A DNA stretch of 24,536 nucleotides from an uncultured cyanobacterium (GCA_963766075.1 CAVYAN010000111.1:1-24536); one strand, 5' to 3'. Shown: positions 1 to 10,742, counted from the stretch's first letter. Translations and numbers: made by a program. The notes: a model not told the origin generated them from the letters alone.

Positions 1-3
1 ACT

Positions 4-49
4 AGCAATACGTACTAGTCAAAGGCTTAAAGGCAGGGCACGTATTGCT
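4..49. repeat. Short inverted repeat AGCAATACGT-N26-ACGTATTGCT
   Basis: Perfect 10-bp arms at 4-13 and 40-49. Coincides with the loss of PAS similarity in the sensor gene. Confidence 0.6.
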
Positions 50-1431
50 GGTTCGCCGGGGGCAAACCCAAACATAGCCAATAATTCATCAGACCAGGTG
101 ACTTTCTGGTTCGGAACGTCTAGTTCCCAGTTGCCGAGACGGGCAATGCGGTGAGCCTCCCGTAGACTGGCTTCACTGGCAGCCAGAGCCATGGCAATTT
201 GTTTGTTTGGCGTATTGTCCAGAAGAATGCCATCCAGTGCCCGATCGCCATTCGGTAATAAAGTCAACCGAGCACTCTGGCGGACCCATTTCACTGTGCC
301 TTTGGGCAAGATAATCCGAAAGTCATGCAGAAGATCTTGGCCCGTGGCGATTGCCCGATGCCAGCTATTCTGCACAGCGGTGCGATCATCGGGATGGACA
401 AGGTCCATCAGCAGTCTCGGGTTGGCCTTGGCGGTAACGGGGTCAATGCCGGTCAATTCTTGGGATGTTGAGTTGATGAAGGGCAGTGATACCGACTGGT
501 CAGCATGGATAATTGCCCGAAACACCGATCCAGGAATATTGGCAGCCATGGCGGCAATCTGTTGCTGGCCCTCTTCTAGCGCGAGATAGGCCTGACTCAA
601 TTCCGCGTTGCGCTGCTGAAGTTGCTCCCTAAATTGAGTCTTGAGCTGTTTAACTTCCAGTTCAGCCAACTTGCGATCGGTAATGTCGGTATCTGTTCCC
701 ACCATCCAGACCGCTGCCCCCCGAGCATTGCGGAGGGCATTACCCTGGACCAGAATCCAACGAATTGACCCGTCCTTGTGCAACATCCGGTGCTCAAACA
801 CGCATTCCGGTGTTTCGCCATCCAGATGGGCCTGGGTGGTGGCCACCAGGGCGTGGAGATCGGCGGGATGAACGTAGGTTAGCCACGTCTGCAAATCATT
901 GGAAATCTCCCCATCGGTATAGCCCAAGAGTGCTTTGACATTTGGGTCCAGATAAAATTCGCCCGTAGGGACATGCCATGCCCATACCCCAACTCGGGCG
1001 TTACGGGCGACTAACCTGTAGCGTTCTTGAAGGGGGGGAATGTCCGGTTCCGAGGGGGATAGTAGGACTCGCCACAGACTCCAAATTTGGGGCAATCGCC
1101 CCCCAGTCGCCCGATGAATCATTTGCCCTGCCACGGCAACCCGGTTGCCCGACTGGGTGAGGAGGATTAGCTGAATGGGGAGGGGTGGCGCAGTGGAGAC
1201 GGGAGGCGTGCCCTGGGCCGTGAGGGTAGCACAGAGATGATAGTAGCGATCGCCCTCTGCCGCATCTAACAACTGCCCCATGGGCAACCCCACCACCCGA
1301 GCCGCCTCATACCCCAAAACTCGACACCAAGCCGGATTGACATAAAGAATTACCCCCTCTGGTGACGTGACTTGCACCAGATCACTGGCATGTTCAAATA
1401 GGAGGTGTAAGTTTTCCAGACAATGGGTCAT
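19..1431 (-). CDS. Multi-PAS/PAC sensor protein, truncated at its C-terminus (possible pseudogene)
   Basis: PAS signatures: LFEHASDLVQV..YVNPAW; GVWAW..YVHPAD..EHRMLHKDGSIRWI..GTDTDITDRK; LVHPDDR..FRIILPKGTVKWV. A fourth PAS begins (GNWELD..TWSDE) and then stops. ATG at 1431 preferred over the upstream GTG at 1533. Confidence 0.85.
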   Translation of the reverse strand: MTHCLENLHLLFEHASDLVQVTSPEGVILYVNPAWCRVLGYEAARVVGLPMGQLLDAAEGDRYYHLCATLTAQGTPPVSTAPPLPIQLILLTQSGNRVAVAGQMIHRATGGRLPQIWSLWRVLLSPSEPDIPPLQERYRLVARNARVGVWAWHVPTGEFYLDPNVKALLGYTDGEISNDLQTWLTYVHPADLHALVATTQAHLDGETPECVFEHRMLHKDGSIRWILVQGNALRNARGAAVWMVGTDTDITDRKLAELEVKQLKTQFREQLQQRNAELSQAYLALEEGQQQIAAMAANIPGSVFRAIIHADQSVSLPFINSTSQELTGIDPVTAKANPRLLMDLVHPDDRTAVQNSWHRAIATGQDLLHDFRIILPKGTVKWVRQSARLTLLPNGDRALDGILLDNTPNKQIAMALAASEASLREAHRIARLGNWELDVPNQKVTWSDELLAMFGFAPGEPAIRALPLSL

Positions 1432-2402
1432 GGATGGTCCGAAGCCCAGTGACTTTAGATTCAAAAGGGTTGAGTCCAAAGCCTTAAAAACACTAGTAGT
1501 GTAGCAACGATCAAGACCAGGAAAATCGGCCACACTGCTTAAAATCGGTCACGCTGCCCTCAGGTGCCTGCCCTCCCGGCCTTCCCCCCTGGCAAAATCC
1601 CAAGCAGTCCGAGCAGTCAGCACGAGTAGCCAGATACAACTCAGGCTTATTTCCCTGGCGGTAAGCCTTGCACAGCGGCAGGTAGGCCCCGCACCTGAAT
1701 TGCACGATGAGCTAGACACTTAAGTTCCGGGTGGGAGCACAACGAAGCGATCGGGTTCTCAAGAGTGGCGTTAGTCAATCAGCCAACCAATCAGCCAAAG
1801 GAGCTGAACAAGCATTGCAATTTATGAATGAAATATTACGAGATTTGATCCGGCGTAAACTTCTGTGGAAGCCCCTTTTTCCCCCGGGCGTTAGTGCTAT
1901 CTTGTATTCAAGAACACGCAAGAGCCAGAACGCCTCTTCAAACCTTAAACCTTGCTTGGGACTGTGTTCTCCTTCCCAACGCAACCTGCACTTATCAGTC
2001 GGTCTTTTCAGTCCGTTTCTTCAGTTGGTTCTGTCAGCTTCTCTGTACTCTAGTTTATTGCACTAAGGTGCACTACGCCACTAGTCGTTACTAGTTTGTC
2101 TTCATGTGTTATTCTCCAAAATTGTTAAGGAGGGAAACCATTAAGTTGAGTTTACAGGACTGATCGGTGCAGATGTATTGTGTAAACCTAGCGGATTAAT
2201 TTATTGATTTTCTCCTGTTCAGAAAGCCTGGTAATCCTACCAGGCTTTCTGATTTTTAAACCGTAGGAAGGCATCAAAATAAGGCATCTCGAAAATTGGC
2301 AATTCTGTTCCCGATACTTAGAAATTTGTGTCGTTTTTAGGACTGCAAATGGTGAATTCGCTACACTGAGCTTAACTGACATTGAGGGTTCGAGGTAATT
2401 TT

Positions 2403-2933
2403 ATGACTACTGTGGAAAATTTCCGTCTAAATGCGCCTCTACCATCCGCGCTTTGGCAAAAAACGTTGATTTTGGGTACGCTGGCGTTCTGGCTGAGCAG
2501 TACGCTGTTAATGGATACCGTGATGATGCCAGTGCTGTACGCTTCTGGCATGCTGCAAAGTCCCAGCTTTGCGCCCGTGGGATACACCCTGTTTTGGGTC
2601 TTGAATCGGGTTGAGTTGATCTGTGCCGGGGGAGTGTTGGTGGGAGTCGTGGCGGTGCGATCGCTGGAATCTTGGCGGACGCGCATCAGCCCTCGGGTGG
2701 TGATTCTAGCAGCACTGCTTGTTAGCGTGGTCCTAATTGAAACCTTCGGACTATCGCCCCAAATGAGTGCCTTGGGAGCAGTTCTGGATCCCTTTTCCCC
2801 GAGTCTGGAGCCACCGGCTGGCATGGGTGTGCTTCATGTGAGCTACTGGCTGCTCGATGGCCTCAAACTGGTGGCCGGGGTCGGCATTTTACAGGGAGTC
2901 TATCGCTCTGTGCGATCGTTCGATAATTTCTAG
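2403..2933 (+). CDS. DUF4149-type membrane protein
   Basis: Four hydrophobic segments and motifs FWLSSTLLMDTVMMPVLYASGM and GYTLFWVLNRVEL, typical of the cyanobacterial protein found next to grxD. ATG at 2403. Confidence 0.75.
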   Translation: MTTVENFRLNAPLPSALWQKTLILGTLAFWLSSTLLMDTVMMPVLYASGMLQSPSFAPVGYTLFWVLNRVELICAGGVLVGVVAVRSLESWRTRISPRVVILAALLVSVVLIETFGLSPQMSALGAVLDPFSPSLEPPAGMGVLHVSYWLLDGLKLVAGVGILQGVYRSVRSFDNF

Positions 2934-3026
2934 GTGTGGTTATCGTGCAGATGTCTAACCATGGGTTAGTGCGATCGTAGGCTCGATACGCGCGATCGCA
3001 GCTCTGCCACAAAAATTGCAAGCTAC

Positions 3027-3060
3027 AAAGAACCCTCGGAAGATGTGTCTTCCGAGGGCT
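3027..3060 (-). terminator. Intrinsic terminator between convergent DUF4149 and grxD genes
   Basis: 11-bp stem CCCTCGGAAGA/TCTTCCGAGGG (3033-3058) with 4-nt loop, followed by TTCTTT on the minus strand. Confidence 0.7.
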
Positions 3061-3105
3061 TCTGAGATCGAGCGATCGCCGCTAGCTAGGAATGATCGCC
3101 ACTAG

Positions 3106-3429
3106 CTAGGAAGCCATCGCGACTTCCACCATTTGTTGCAGCTCGCCACTTTGGTACAGTTCAATCAAAATATCTGAGCCCCCCACAAATTCGCCATTAA
3201 TGTACACCTGGGGAATTGTTGGCCAACTGGAATATTCCTTAATGCCACTACGGACTTCTGGATCGGCCAACACATCGCATGTTTCAAAGGGCACCCCTAA
3301 AACATTGAGAATCTGCACCACATTGTTGGAAAAACCACATTGAGGCATCAACTTGTTGCCCTTCATAAACACAAAAATCTTGCTGCTGTTAACAAGTTCA
3401 TCAAGACGCGCTTTGGTTTCAGGAGTCAT
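3106..3429 (-). CDS. grxD: Monothiol glutaredoxin, Grx4 family
   Basis: FMKG..PQCGFS active site, [18 protein letters not shown]. Confidence 0.97.
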   Translation of the reverse strand: MTPETKARLDELVNSSKIFVFMKGNKLMPQCGFSNNVVQILNVLGVPFETCDVLADPEVRSGIKEYSSWPTIPQVYINGEFVGGSDILIELYQSGELQQMVEVAMAS

Positions 3430-3611
3430 AGGGTTAAGGTATGAAATTCAAGGGTGTAAGAATCAAGAAGCATAGAATCAGGAAACGAAAACTCATCAAT
3501 TGTGAAGGCTAGACTTCAGAACTTGAGACTCCTTAGGAGCAGACCCTAGGCGCGGTAGGGATTCGCATCAGGTGAATAATCAGCCCCAAAAAACTTCTCA
3601 GCGCTGTGAGC

Positions 3612-3866
3612 TCAAGCGGTTTGCGTCGCTGTGGCCCAGCTCTCTGGCGTGTAAGTTTTCAGCGCAAAGGCATGAATCGCTTCCGTCGCCATGGCTTGAT
3701 TAACCGCTGCATAGACCATTTGGTGCTGGCGCACCTTGGGTTTGCCTTGAAATTGCGGAGACACCACGGTCACATCAAAGTGCTCACCATCTGGACTTTG
3801 CACTTGCACCTGAGCGTCCGGCATCTCTGCCCTAATCATGGACTCAACTTCTTGGGGACTGATCAT
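3612..3866 (-). CDS. bolA: BolA family protein
   Basis: DGEHFDVTVVSPQFQGK..VRQHQMVY..IHAFALKTYTP. Adjacent to grxD, its known partner. Confidence 0.95.
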   Translation of the reverse strand: MISPQEVESMIRAEMPDAQVQVQSPDGEHFDVTVVSPQFQGKPKVRQHQMVYAAVNQAMATEAIHAFALKTYTPESWATATQTA

Positions 3867-4100
3867 GGATTCTCCTACACAATGACGCAGACATCATGAA
3901 TATAGACATCATGGGACATGGACAGACTGGAGCAAACCGCGTAGAGGGGAAACAGGCATGAAGCCCTGCGCATCCTACGGGTTTACATAACATCGGCGCT
4001 TCAATTCTACCGAAAAGCACCATCAAGCAGAAGGTCCTAAAACTTTGCCCTCCGAAACTTTGTCCTAAAGCTCAGTGTAGTCCGAATTTGCTCCTCACCT

Positions 4101-4673
4101 CTATTTGGGTTGATCGGCGCGCGGACGGGGATAGGGAGCATCGACAAAGCCCATTTCTAACAATTGCTGATAGGACTTCTGGCCCAGTTCGCGGGTCGGC
4201 TGTTGGCTGCGAATAATTTGGACGAGCAGGGGCACGGCCAGCTCGGGTTGATTTTGGGCGCGGTGGGCTACCGCTAAGCGGTAGGTCGCTTCATCCCGGA
4301 GCTGGGCCGCATCTAGAGCCTTGCGCCGCTGGCTATCGGAAATGCGATTGTCGATTCCCGAAAAACTACCGGCCAAATCTTGATAAAAGTTGGAAAGCTG
4401 GTTGAAAACTTGCCGTGCTTCCTGCAACTTTTTGACTGCGGCAGGATAATTTCCGGCGGAGAAGGCTTTATCGGCCTCAGTCATTAACTTCTGACCACCC
4501 TGGTAGCTGAGCAGCCCGCTTTCCTGGGAAAGCGTCCGCAGATCGCTGGGATCAGTCCCTCCCGGTAACGCCTGGGCGTAGGTTGTTGCAGGGTGGACGG
4601 CGATCGCCACCGCGAAGGATGCAGCAACCAAACCTATAGGGCGGAGAAAACGATTCATAGCGAGGGGTTCCAT
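4101..4673 (-). CDS. Conserved cyanobacterial exported alpha-helical (TPR-like) hypothetical protein
   Basis: N-terminal signal-peptide-like stretch ending AYAQA. Motifs ARQVFNQLSNFYQDL and AVPLLVQIIRSQQPTRELG. Start could be 4658. Confidence 0.8.
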   Translation of the reverse strand: MEPLAMNRFLRPIGLVAASFAVAIAVHPATTYAQALPGGTDPSDLRTLSQESGLLSYQGGQKLMTEADKAFSAGNYPAAVKKLQEARQVFNQLSNFYQDLAGSFSGIDNRISDSQRRKALDAAQLRDEATYRLAVAHRAQNQPELAVPLLVQIIRSQQPTRELGQKSYQQLLEMGFVDAPYPRPRADQPK

Positions 4674-4732
4674 GGGACGACCGTAATTTTCAGCAAAAGG
4701 AATAAGGGACTGTAACTCGCGTATCTTACCAT

Positions 4733-4769
4733 CGGATCAGGCCGAATCAAATGGATTGAGCCTGATCCG
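4733..4769. promoter_or_regulatory. Inverted repeat in a divergent promoter region
   Basis: Perfect 10-bp arms CGGATCAGGC / GCCTGATCCG, just upstream of a TAAGAT -10-like hexamer on the minus strand (4723-4728). Confidence 0.35.
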
Positions 4770-5021
4770 GTTTGGGCTGGGATCGATACACTGGTCAGTG
4801 ACGACTGCAGCCATCGGGGAACTGTAGCTCAATGGTCAGGGCTGGCAGCGCGATCGCGGCGCTTCCGTAACTTCCCGGTCCAAATTGACTTCCCAGAGCG
4901 ATGACTTTCCAGAGCGATGGCTGACCCTGCTGACGAACTTCGGCGCACAATGTTCCCACCTTAATCTCGTTCCACCTTCAGTTTTCTCGTTCCGCTCTCA
5001 GTTGTTCTATGGCGAGTTGCT

Positions 5022-7142
5022 ATGACTAACCCATTTTCAACCCCTTCTGCCCAAAATGTTTCACCGGGAAATGCGGCCATGCCCGAGTCCAGTGTGGGGC
5101 AGGTATTACAGCGGGGCGGGGAAGAATTTTTGCTAGAGAAGGTAGCCGATGCCTTTGCCGTGAGTACGGCTAACCGCCAAAGCTTTGCCCAAGTAATGCA
5201 GCAAATGCCTGGAGCGGCAGTCACTCCCGTGCGGAGTCCAGCCCGCCTGATGGAGGTGAGGGTGCCCGCCGCCCAACGGGATGCCCTGATGCAGCAGGCA
5301 CGAAACACCGCTGGGGTGAACTATGTCAGCCACATTTATCATCTGAAAAATAATCCCGGCTCTCTGGTGTACGTGACTAATCAACTCACCGTGCAGTTTG
5401 CCCCCCAGGTGACGGCGGCCACCCTGGCCCAAATTCTTCAGGTCTATGGCCTGCAACAGGTGAAACCGATCACCACCATTCCCAACGCCTTTGTGGTGGC
5501 AACCACGACTGCCACCCAGGAAAATCCGATCAAAATTGCCAACCGGTTGATGGAGCGCTCAGAAGTCCTCACCGCAGAACCCAATGTCGTGATCCAAACC
5601 CAAACCCACTACCGCCCCAAGGACCCGCTATACGCCAAACAGTGGCACCTGAACCATACTGGGGGAGCCCAGTTGGTTTCGGGTTCCCATGTGTTTGCGG
5701 AAAAAGCCTGGGATATTACGCGGGGCAACCGTTCTATCGTAGTGGCGATAATGGACGATTCGGTTGATGTCAGCCATCCAGACTTTCAGGGAATCGGCAA
5801 AATTGTGGCTCCCCGTGACCTTAAGGACAATGACTTCCTGCCGCTGCCGGGAGAGCCGGAGGACAATCATGGCACCTCCTGTGCCGGCGTTGCCGTTGCC
5901 GAAGAAAATGGCTTCGGCGTGGTCGGTGTGGCTCCCGGCTGTGCTTTGATGCCGATTCGCACCACTGGGTTTTTGGATGATGAATCGATCGAACAATTAT
6001 TTGACTGGGCCGTGCAAAAGGGCGCAGCAGTCATTTCCTGTAGCTGGGGACCGAGTGCGGTGTACTTCCCCCTGTCTCTACGGCAGCGGGCGGCCCTGAC
6101 CCGCGCCGCCACCCAGGGGCGCAATGGCAAAGGCTGTGTGATTGTGTTTGCGGCGGGGAACGCCAATCGTCCCACCAGTGGCACGATTAACGAACGGGGC
6201 TGGCCCAACGATGCTCTCCGGGGTTCAGTCCAGTGGTTGGGCGGCTTTGTCGTGCATCCGGATGTAATCACGGTTTCCGCGTGCACGAGTTTGAACAAGA
6301 AGTCGGCGTACAGCAACTGGGGACCAGATGTGTCCGTGTGCGCTCCCAGTAACAATGCTCCCCCCGGCATTGGCCTGCCGGAAACGGGCTATGTCGCCAC
6401 CCCACCCGAGGTGCGGGTACCCACGCCGGGACTGGGAATTGTGACCACCGATCGCCGGGGCCAGGACGGCTACGATGCCAGCGATTTCACCGCAGACTTT
6501 GGGGGAACGTCCAGTGCCACTCCCCTGGTGGCGGGCGTGGCGGCTCTGGTGCTGTCGGCCAATCCCGATTTAACGGCGACAGAGGTGCGGCAGATTTTGC
6601 AGCAAACCGCTGACAAGATCGTGGATGCCGATCCCGATCCACAGTTTGGCTTTCGCAAGGGCACCTATGAAGCCAATGGCCACTCTGACTGGTTTGGCTA
6701 CGGGAAGGTGAATGCGTTCAAGGCCGTGCAAATGGCGAATCAGCGGCAAATGGCGGCGATCGCCCCCAGTCGCCAACGCCAGTATCCCACGACCGCCAAT
6801 CTAGCTATCCCCGACTACAACCTCCAGGGGGTTACCAGTGGGGTGCAGGTGTCTGACAATGCCGCCATTCGGGACATTCAGGTGACTGTGGCGATCGACC
6901 ACAGCTATCTGGGGGATGTGGAAGTCAGTTTGACGGCCCCCAGCGGGCAGACTGTACTCCTGCAAGGGCGATCGCTGGGACAGCGGACCACCCTACAATC
7001 CACCTACACCCTCCGCAGCACTCCCGTTCTGCGTCGCCTGCTCGGACAACCGGCCCTGGGCCGCTGGCAGCTCACGGTCACAGACTATGCCCAAGGCGAC
7101 ACAGGTATTCTGAAAACTTGGCAGTTGACCCTAGGGCTTTAA
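5022..7142 (+). CDS. S8 (subtilisin/kexin-like) serine peptidase with C-terminal P-domain; resembles cyanobacterial Ca-dependent protease PrcA
   Basis: Catalytic triad motifs IMDDSVD, NHGTSCAG and GGTSSATP; oxyanion motif FAAGN; P-domain (IPDY..V.IDHSYLGD..LTAPSG..GRWQL.VTD..GDTG.LKTWQL). Confidence 0.93.
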   Translation: MTNPFSTPSAQNVSPGNAAMPESSVGQVLQRGGEEFLLEKVADAFAVSTANRQSFAQVMQQMPGAAVTPVRSPARLMEVRVPAAQRDALMQQARNTAGVNYVSHIYHLKNNPGSLVYVTNQLTVQFAPQVTAATLAQILQVYGLQQVKPITTIPNAFVVATTTATQENPIKIANRLMERSEVLTAEPNVVIQTQTHYRPKDPLYAKQWHLNHTGGAQLVSGSHVFAEKAWDITRGNRSIVVAIMDDSVDVSHPDFQGIGKIVAPRDLKDNDFLPLPGEPEDNHGTSCAGVAVAEENGFGVVGVAPGCALMPIRTTGFLDDESIEQLFDWAVQKGAAVISCSWGPSAVYFPLSLRQRAALTRAATQGRNGKGCVIVFAAGNANRPTSGTINERGWPNDALRGSVQWLGGFVVHPDVITVSACTSLNKKSAYSNWGPDVSVCAPSNNAPPGIGLPETGYVATPPEVRVPTPGLGIVTTDRRGQDGYDASDFTADFGGTSSATPLVAGVAALVLSANPDLTATEVRQILQQTADKIVDADPDPQFGFRKGTYEANGHSDWFGYGKVNAFKAVQMANQRQMAAIAPSRQRQYPTTANLAIPDYNLQGVTSGVQVSDNAAIRDIQVTVAIDHSYLGDVEVSLTAPSGQTVLLQGRSLGQRTTLQSTYTLRSTPVLRRLLGQPALGRWQLTVTDYAQGDTGILKTWQLTLGL

Positions 7143-7973
7143 AGGCGGCAGGCAAGGCACAGAGAATTTATCGGTCATGGTTTGCAGGGCATACTGCAAG
7201 TCCGCCGTGAGCTGTCGCGCCCCTTGCTTCGGTGAAACCGTGAGGTAGTGGGCGGCGCGGAGGGGCGCACCAATGCGGATTTGCACACGGCTGCGCCAAG
7301 GTACCATCGCATGACTGTACTCGAGATGAATGGGTAAAATCTTGACATCCAGCATGGGCTGTGAAGCCTCGGCTTGCAACGCTAGCCGCGCCAGTCCCGG
7401 CTTTAGGGGGTGCACATGCTGACCCCGGAAAATATCCCCCTCTGGGAAAATGACCAGGGTTTCCCGCTCCTGTAGCAGCTTCACGCCATGGCGCAGGGTC
7501 GCGATCGCCGGATGCTTGACATCGACGGAAAACCCACCCAAACGCCGAATCAGCCACCCTTGCAGCCCACACATTTCATCCGAAGTTACCATAAACCGCA
7601 AATGCCGCCCGGTCACATGGTGACCCGCTGCATAGGGAACCAAAACCGCATCCCAGCGTGATCGATGGGTAGGGGCCAAAATCACGGGACCAGACTGGGG
7701 GAGATGCTCTCGCCCAAATACTTGAATGCGGCCAAAATACAGAGGCACAACGCATCGTAGACCGAGGGGATAGGCGATCGCCAACAGAGCTGACGAAAGG
7801 TCAGGTCTTGCTGGCATCCCCTCGACTGGGGGCACTGGAGGGACGAAGCCATTAGCCAAGTGCGTCACAGAATCCGGTTGGCCGTGTCTGATTACGGAAT
7901 GTTCCGAACAGTCTGGATTACCGGGGGGCGGAACTATATCACCCTTTGACGAAAACGAATCGAACGTAGTCAT
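7131..7973 (-). CDS. plsC: 1-acyl-sn-glycerol-3-phosphate (lysophospholipid) acyltransferase
   Basis: HxxxxD motif PTHRSRWD and LVIFPEG motif. Start uncertain. Its 3' end overlaps the convergent protease gene by 12 nt. Confidence 0.88.
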   Translation of the reverse strand: MTTFDSFSSKGDIVPPPGNPDCSEHSVIRHGQPDSVTHLANGFVPPVPPVEGMPARPDLSSALLAIAYPLGLRCVVPLYFGRIQVFGREHLPQSGPVILAPTHRSRWDAVLVPYAAGHHVTGRHLRFMVTSDEMCGLQGWLIRRLGGFSVDVKHPAIATLRHGVKLLQERETLVIFPEGDIFRGQHVHPLKPGLARLALQAEASQPMLDVKILPIHLEYSHAMVPWRSRVQIRIGAPLRAAHYLTVSPKQGARQLTADLQYALQTMTDKFSVPCLPPLKP

Positions 7974-8116
7974 GGCTAGAGAGGCGGTAGATGACAAAAC
8001 GAGTAGACGAAAAAGGAGTGATAGACGAAAAAGGGAGCGAGGGCAAAAAAGTTACCCCTATTACCCTAGGTCGCCCAACCAATTCAATATTCGGCATAAG
8101 GACACTTTTGCGGCTG

Positions 8117-8716
8117 TCATGTAGGGCCGGAAAAGGGGCGGGCATGACGATGGCGGCGTTGGCCAAACCACGCCTGCAATTGGGTGCGACAGCGTTCCTC
8201 TAAGATTCCTCCCAGTACAGTGACCGAGTGGTTAGAGGCCGGACCGTCTGGAATATTCACAACGGAGCGGACAGCCCCCGCCTTGGGGTCATCAGCACCA
8301 TAGACTAACTGGCCGAGGCGCGCTAGGCCCAAGGCTCCCGCACACATGGGGCAGGGCTCCAAGGTGACATAGAGTGTGCAGTCGTTTAAGTGCCAATTGT
8401 GGCGATGCTGGCCTGCTGCTCGTAGGGCCAAGACTTCCGCATGGGCCGTCGGATCAGAGTCCCGTTCGCGGCGGTTTTCAGCCGTGGCCAGCAACTGATT
8501 GTCCGGTCCGACCACCACCGCCCCCACGGGAACTTCTCCAGCATTGCCTGCGGATTGGGCCAGGGCGATCGCCTGGGCCATCCAGTGGCAATGTTGCGCA
8601 TACTCGGCACTGGCCAGTCCCCCATTCAAGGCGGAGTCCCGGCGTGCAGAGGTTTCTAACGCAGAGGTTTCTGACGCGAAGTCTTTTCTAGAGCACACAG
8701 CAACTGACCAACCCAC
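8117..8716 (-). CDS. tadA: tRNA adenosine(34) deaminase
   Basis: GEVPVGAV, DPTAHAE, LYVTLEPCPMC, YGADDPKAGA. The true start is probably downstream of 8716. Confidence 0.95.
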   Translation of the reverse strand: MGWSVAVCSRKDFASETSALETSARRDSALNGGLASAEYAQHCHWMAQAIALAQSAGNAGEVPVGAVVVGPDNQLLATAENRRERDSDPTAHAEVLALRAAGQHRHNWHLNDCTLYVTLEPCPMCAGALGLARLGQLVYGADDPKAGAVRSVVNIPDGPASNHSVTVLGGILEERCRTQLQAWFGQRRHRHARPFSGPT

Positions 8717-8940
8717 AAAAAATACCCATCCTCAGAACCTGACCTGATGGCCTGCCTGGTAGCCTATTGCATGGCCCAGTGGAAGGCGATTTAACCTAAA
8801 ACAAACCTACCGTAATCCGAGAAAGAACGTAATCCGAGAAAGAAGGTCTGCCTGCGGAGCAAACGGGCATTACTCCCTGATTCCCCATCTGACGGTGGCC
8901 TGGGGGGGGAAGTTCCGATAATTTCCCAGCCCCTGCATCC

Positions 8941-9264
8941 TCAACTGCTGACGGGTTCAGCAGCCTCTAACAGCGCATCGAGCTGCCCCACTAGATCGAG
9001 CTGATAGAGATCATCGCAGCCACCAATCGGGTGCTGATTGATAAAAATTTGGGGGACAGAACGCCGGCCCCCGGCTCGGGCGGCCATTTGGCTGCGGGCA
9101 GCCTCGTTGCCGTCAATTTTGTGTTCAATAAACTTCACCCCTTTCCACCACAGCAATAACTTGGCCCGAATGCAATAGGGACAGGTCTGCCAGGTGTAGA
9201 TTTCTACATGGGCCTTAACCAGGGCGGGATTTCGGCCAAACAGAGCGTTGAAGGTTTTGAGCAT
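8941..9264 (-). CDS. grxC: Dithiol glutaredoxin 3
   Basis: CPYC active site, RRSVPQIFIN, IGGCDDL. Confidence 0.93.
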   Translation of the reverse strand: MLKTFNALFGRNPALVKAHVEIYTWQTCPYCIRAKLLLWWKGVKFIEHKIDGNEAARSQMAARAGGRRSVPQIFINQHPIGGCDDLYQLDLVGQLDALLEAAEPVSS

Positions 9265-9634
9265 GGTTCTGTCACTCCATTTCCATAAATTGAAGGAAAA
9301 TTTGAGCCGATCGGGGTAGCCAGAATCGCATCAGCCTACTGGCAAGGTAGCATAGGCTGCTGAAATGCGTAGGCTGCTGAAATGCGTAGGCTGCAGGCAG
9401 AGCGACAGCGCTGCAAAAGTTTACATCTCTATTCCATCCCTAAAAGATCTGGGTTGCCGGGGGAGTACCTGGCCCTGGGTACAGAGGGATCCGGGCTTTG
9501 GGGCGAATTATGCAGTAAAACTTTACATGCGCTTTATTCGGAACTAATTTCAAGGGCGTCGCCCCCTTTTGATAGACTTATTCACTAGACCAAACCTTTG
9601 GAACGAAGCAAAATCAGCAGTTGGGAGGAATTAC

Positions 9635-10672
9635 GTGGAGAATACGCTCGGTCTAGAAATTATTGAAGTTGTCGAACAGGCAGCGATCGCCTCTGCCCGC
9701 CTCATGGGGAAAGGCGATAAGAACGAAGCCGACCGGGTTGCCGTGGAAGCCATGCGGGAACGCATGAACAAGATCTACATGCGGGGCCGCATTGTGATTG
9801 GGGAAGGGGAGCGGGATGATGCTCCAATGCTGTACATCGGCGAAGAAGTCGGGATTTGCTCCCAGCCGAATGCCAAGGATTTTTGTAACCCCGATGAGCT
9901 GGTCGAAATTGACATTGCTGTGGATCCCTGCGAAGGCACCAATCTGTGCGCCTACGGACAGCCCGGATCGATGGCCGTGCTTGCCATTTCCGAAAAAGGT
10001 GGCTTGTTTGCCGCTCCTGACTTCTACATGAAGAAGCTGGCGGCACCTCCGGCGGCCAAGGGTAAGGTGGACATTAACAAGTCGGCGACGGAAAACTTGA
10101 AGATTCTGTCGGAATGCTTGGACCGGGGAATTGATGAATTGGTTGTGGTCGTGATGAAGCGCGATCGCCACAACGACTTGATCAAGGAAATTCGCGACGC
10201 GGGGGCTCGGGTCCAACTGATTAGCGACGGTGACGTGGGCGCTGCCATCAACTGTGGTTTTGCGGGCACCAACATCCATGCGCTGATGGGCATTGGGGCC
10301 GCTCCAGAAGGGGTGATTTCGGCAGCGGCACTGCGCTGTTTGGGGGCCCACTTCCAGGGGCAGTTGATCTATGATCCGGCGGTGGTCAAGACTGGTTTGA
10401 TTGGCGAAAGCAAGGAAGCCAACATCGAGCGCCTGCTCAGCATGGGTATCACCGATCCGGATAAGGTCTACACCGGGGAAGAACTGGCCTGTGGCGAAAA
10501 CGTCCTGTTTGCGGGGACTGGCATCACTCCCGGAAACCTGATGAATGGCGTGCGCTTCTTCAAGGGGGGGGCTCGCACCCACACCCTGGTCATCTCCAGT
10601 CAATCTCAAACGGCGCGGTTTGTGGATACGATTCACATGCCGGGTCAGCCGAAGGTTGTGCAGTTGCACTAG
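9635..10672 (+). CDS. glpX: Class II fructose-1,6-/sedoheptulose-1,7-bisphosphatase
   Basis: [52 protein letters not shown] start at 9635 preceded by GGAGG. Confidence 0.97.
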   Translation: MENTLGLEIIEVVEQAAIASARLMGKGDKNEADRVAVEAMRERMNKIYMRGRIVIGEGERDDAPMLYIGEEVGICSQPNAKDFCNPDELVEIDIAVDPCEGTNLCAYGQPGSMAVLAISEKGGLFAAPDFYMKKLAAPPAAKGKVDINKSATENLKILSECLDRGIDELVVVVMKRDRHNDLIKEIRDAGARVQLISDGDVGAAINCGFAGTNIHALMGIGAAPEGVISAAALRCLGAHFQGQLIYDPAVVKTGLIGESKEANIERLLSMGITDPDKVYTGEELACGENVLFAGTGITPGNLMNGVRFFKGGARTHTLVISSQSQTARFVDTIHMPGQPKVVQLH

Positions 10673-10699
10673 GCCATTTCGGCAGCCATTGGCGTATCA

Positions 10700-10742
10700 T
10701 CGGGTCGGCAGTTTATCAATTTACAGTTGACTGTCGGCCCGA
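10700..10742 (+). other. 3'-UTR hairpin after glpX
   Basis: TCGGGTCGGCAGTT pairs with GACTGTCGGCCCGA (14 bp including three G-U pairs). No U-tract follows. Confidence 0.4.

Noticed and set aside
1731..2066. 111-aa ORF with an RHH-like phrase MNEILRDLIRR
   Set aside because: No preceding beta-strand/helix pattern or RBS, and the remainder looks non-coding.
1492..2085. Possible MITE bounded by ACTAGTAGTGTAG / CTACGCCACTAGT
   Set aside because: Only an 11/13 inverted match, with no transposase remnant or clear target duplication. Insufficient without a genome-wide search.
9515..9526. GTAAAACTTTAC palindrome upstream of glpX as an NtcA site
   Set aside because: Spacing is GTA-N6-TAC, not the N8 required.
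9653..10669. 338-aa ORF antisense to glpX
   Set aside because: Exact codon-register shadow of a highly conserved gene with no recognisable motifs. The same applies to antisense ORFs over hemA, menB, the protease and the ABC ATPase.
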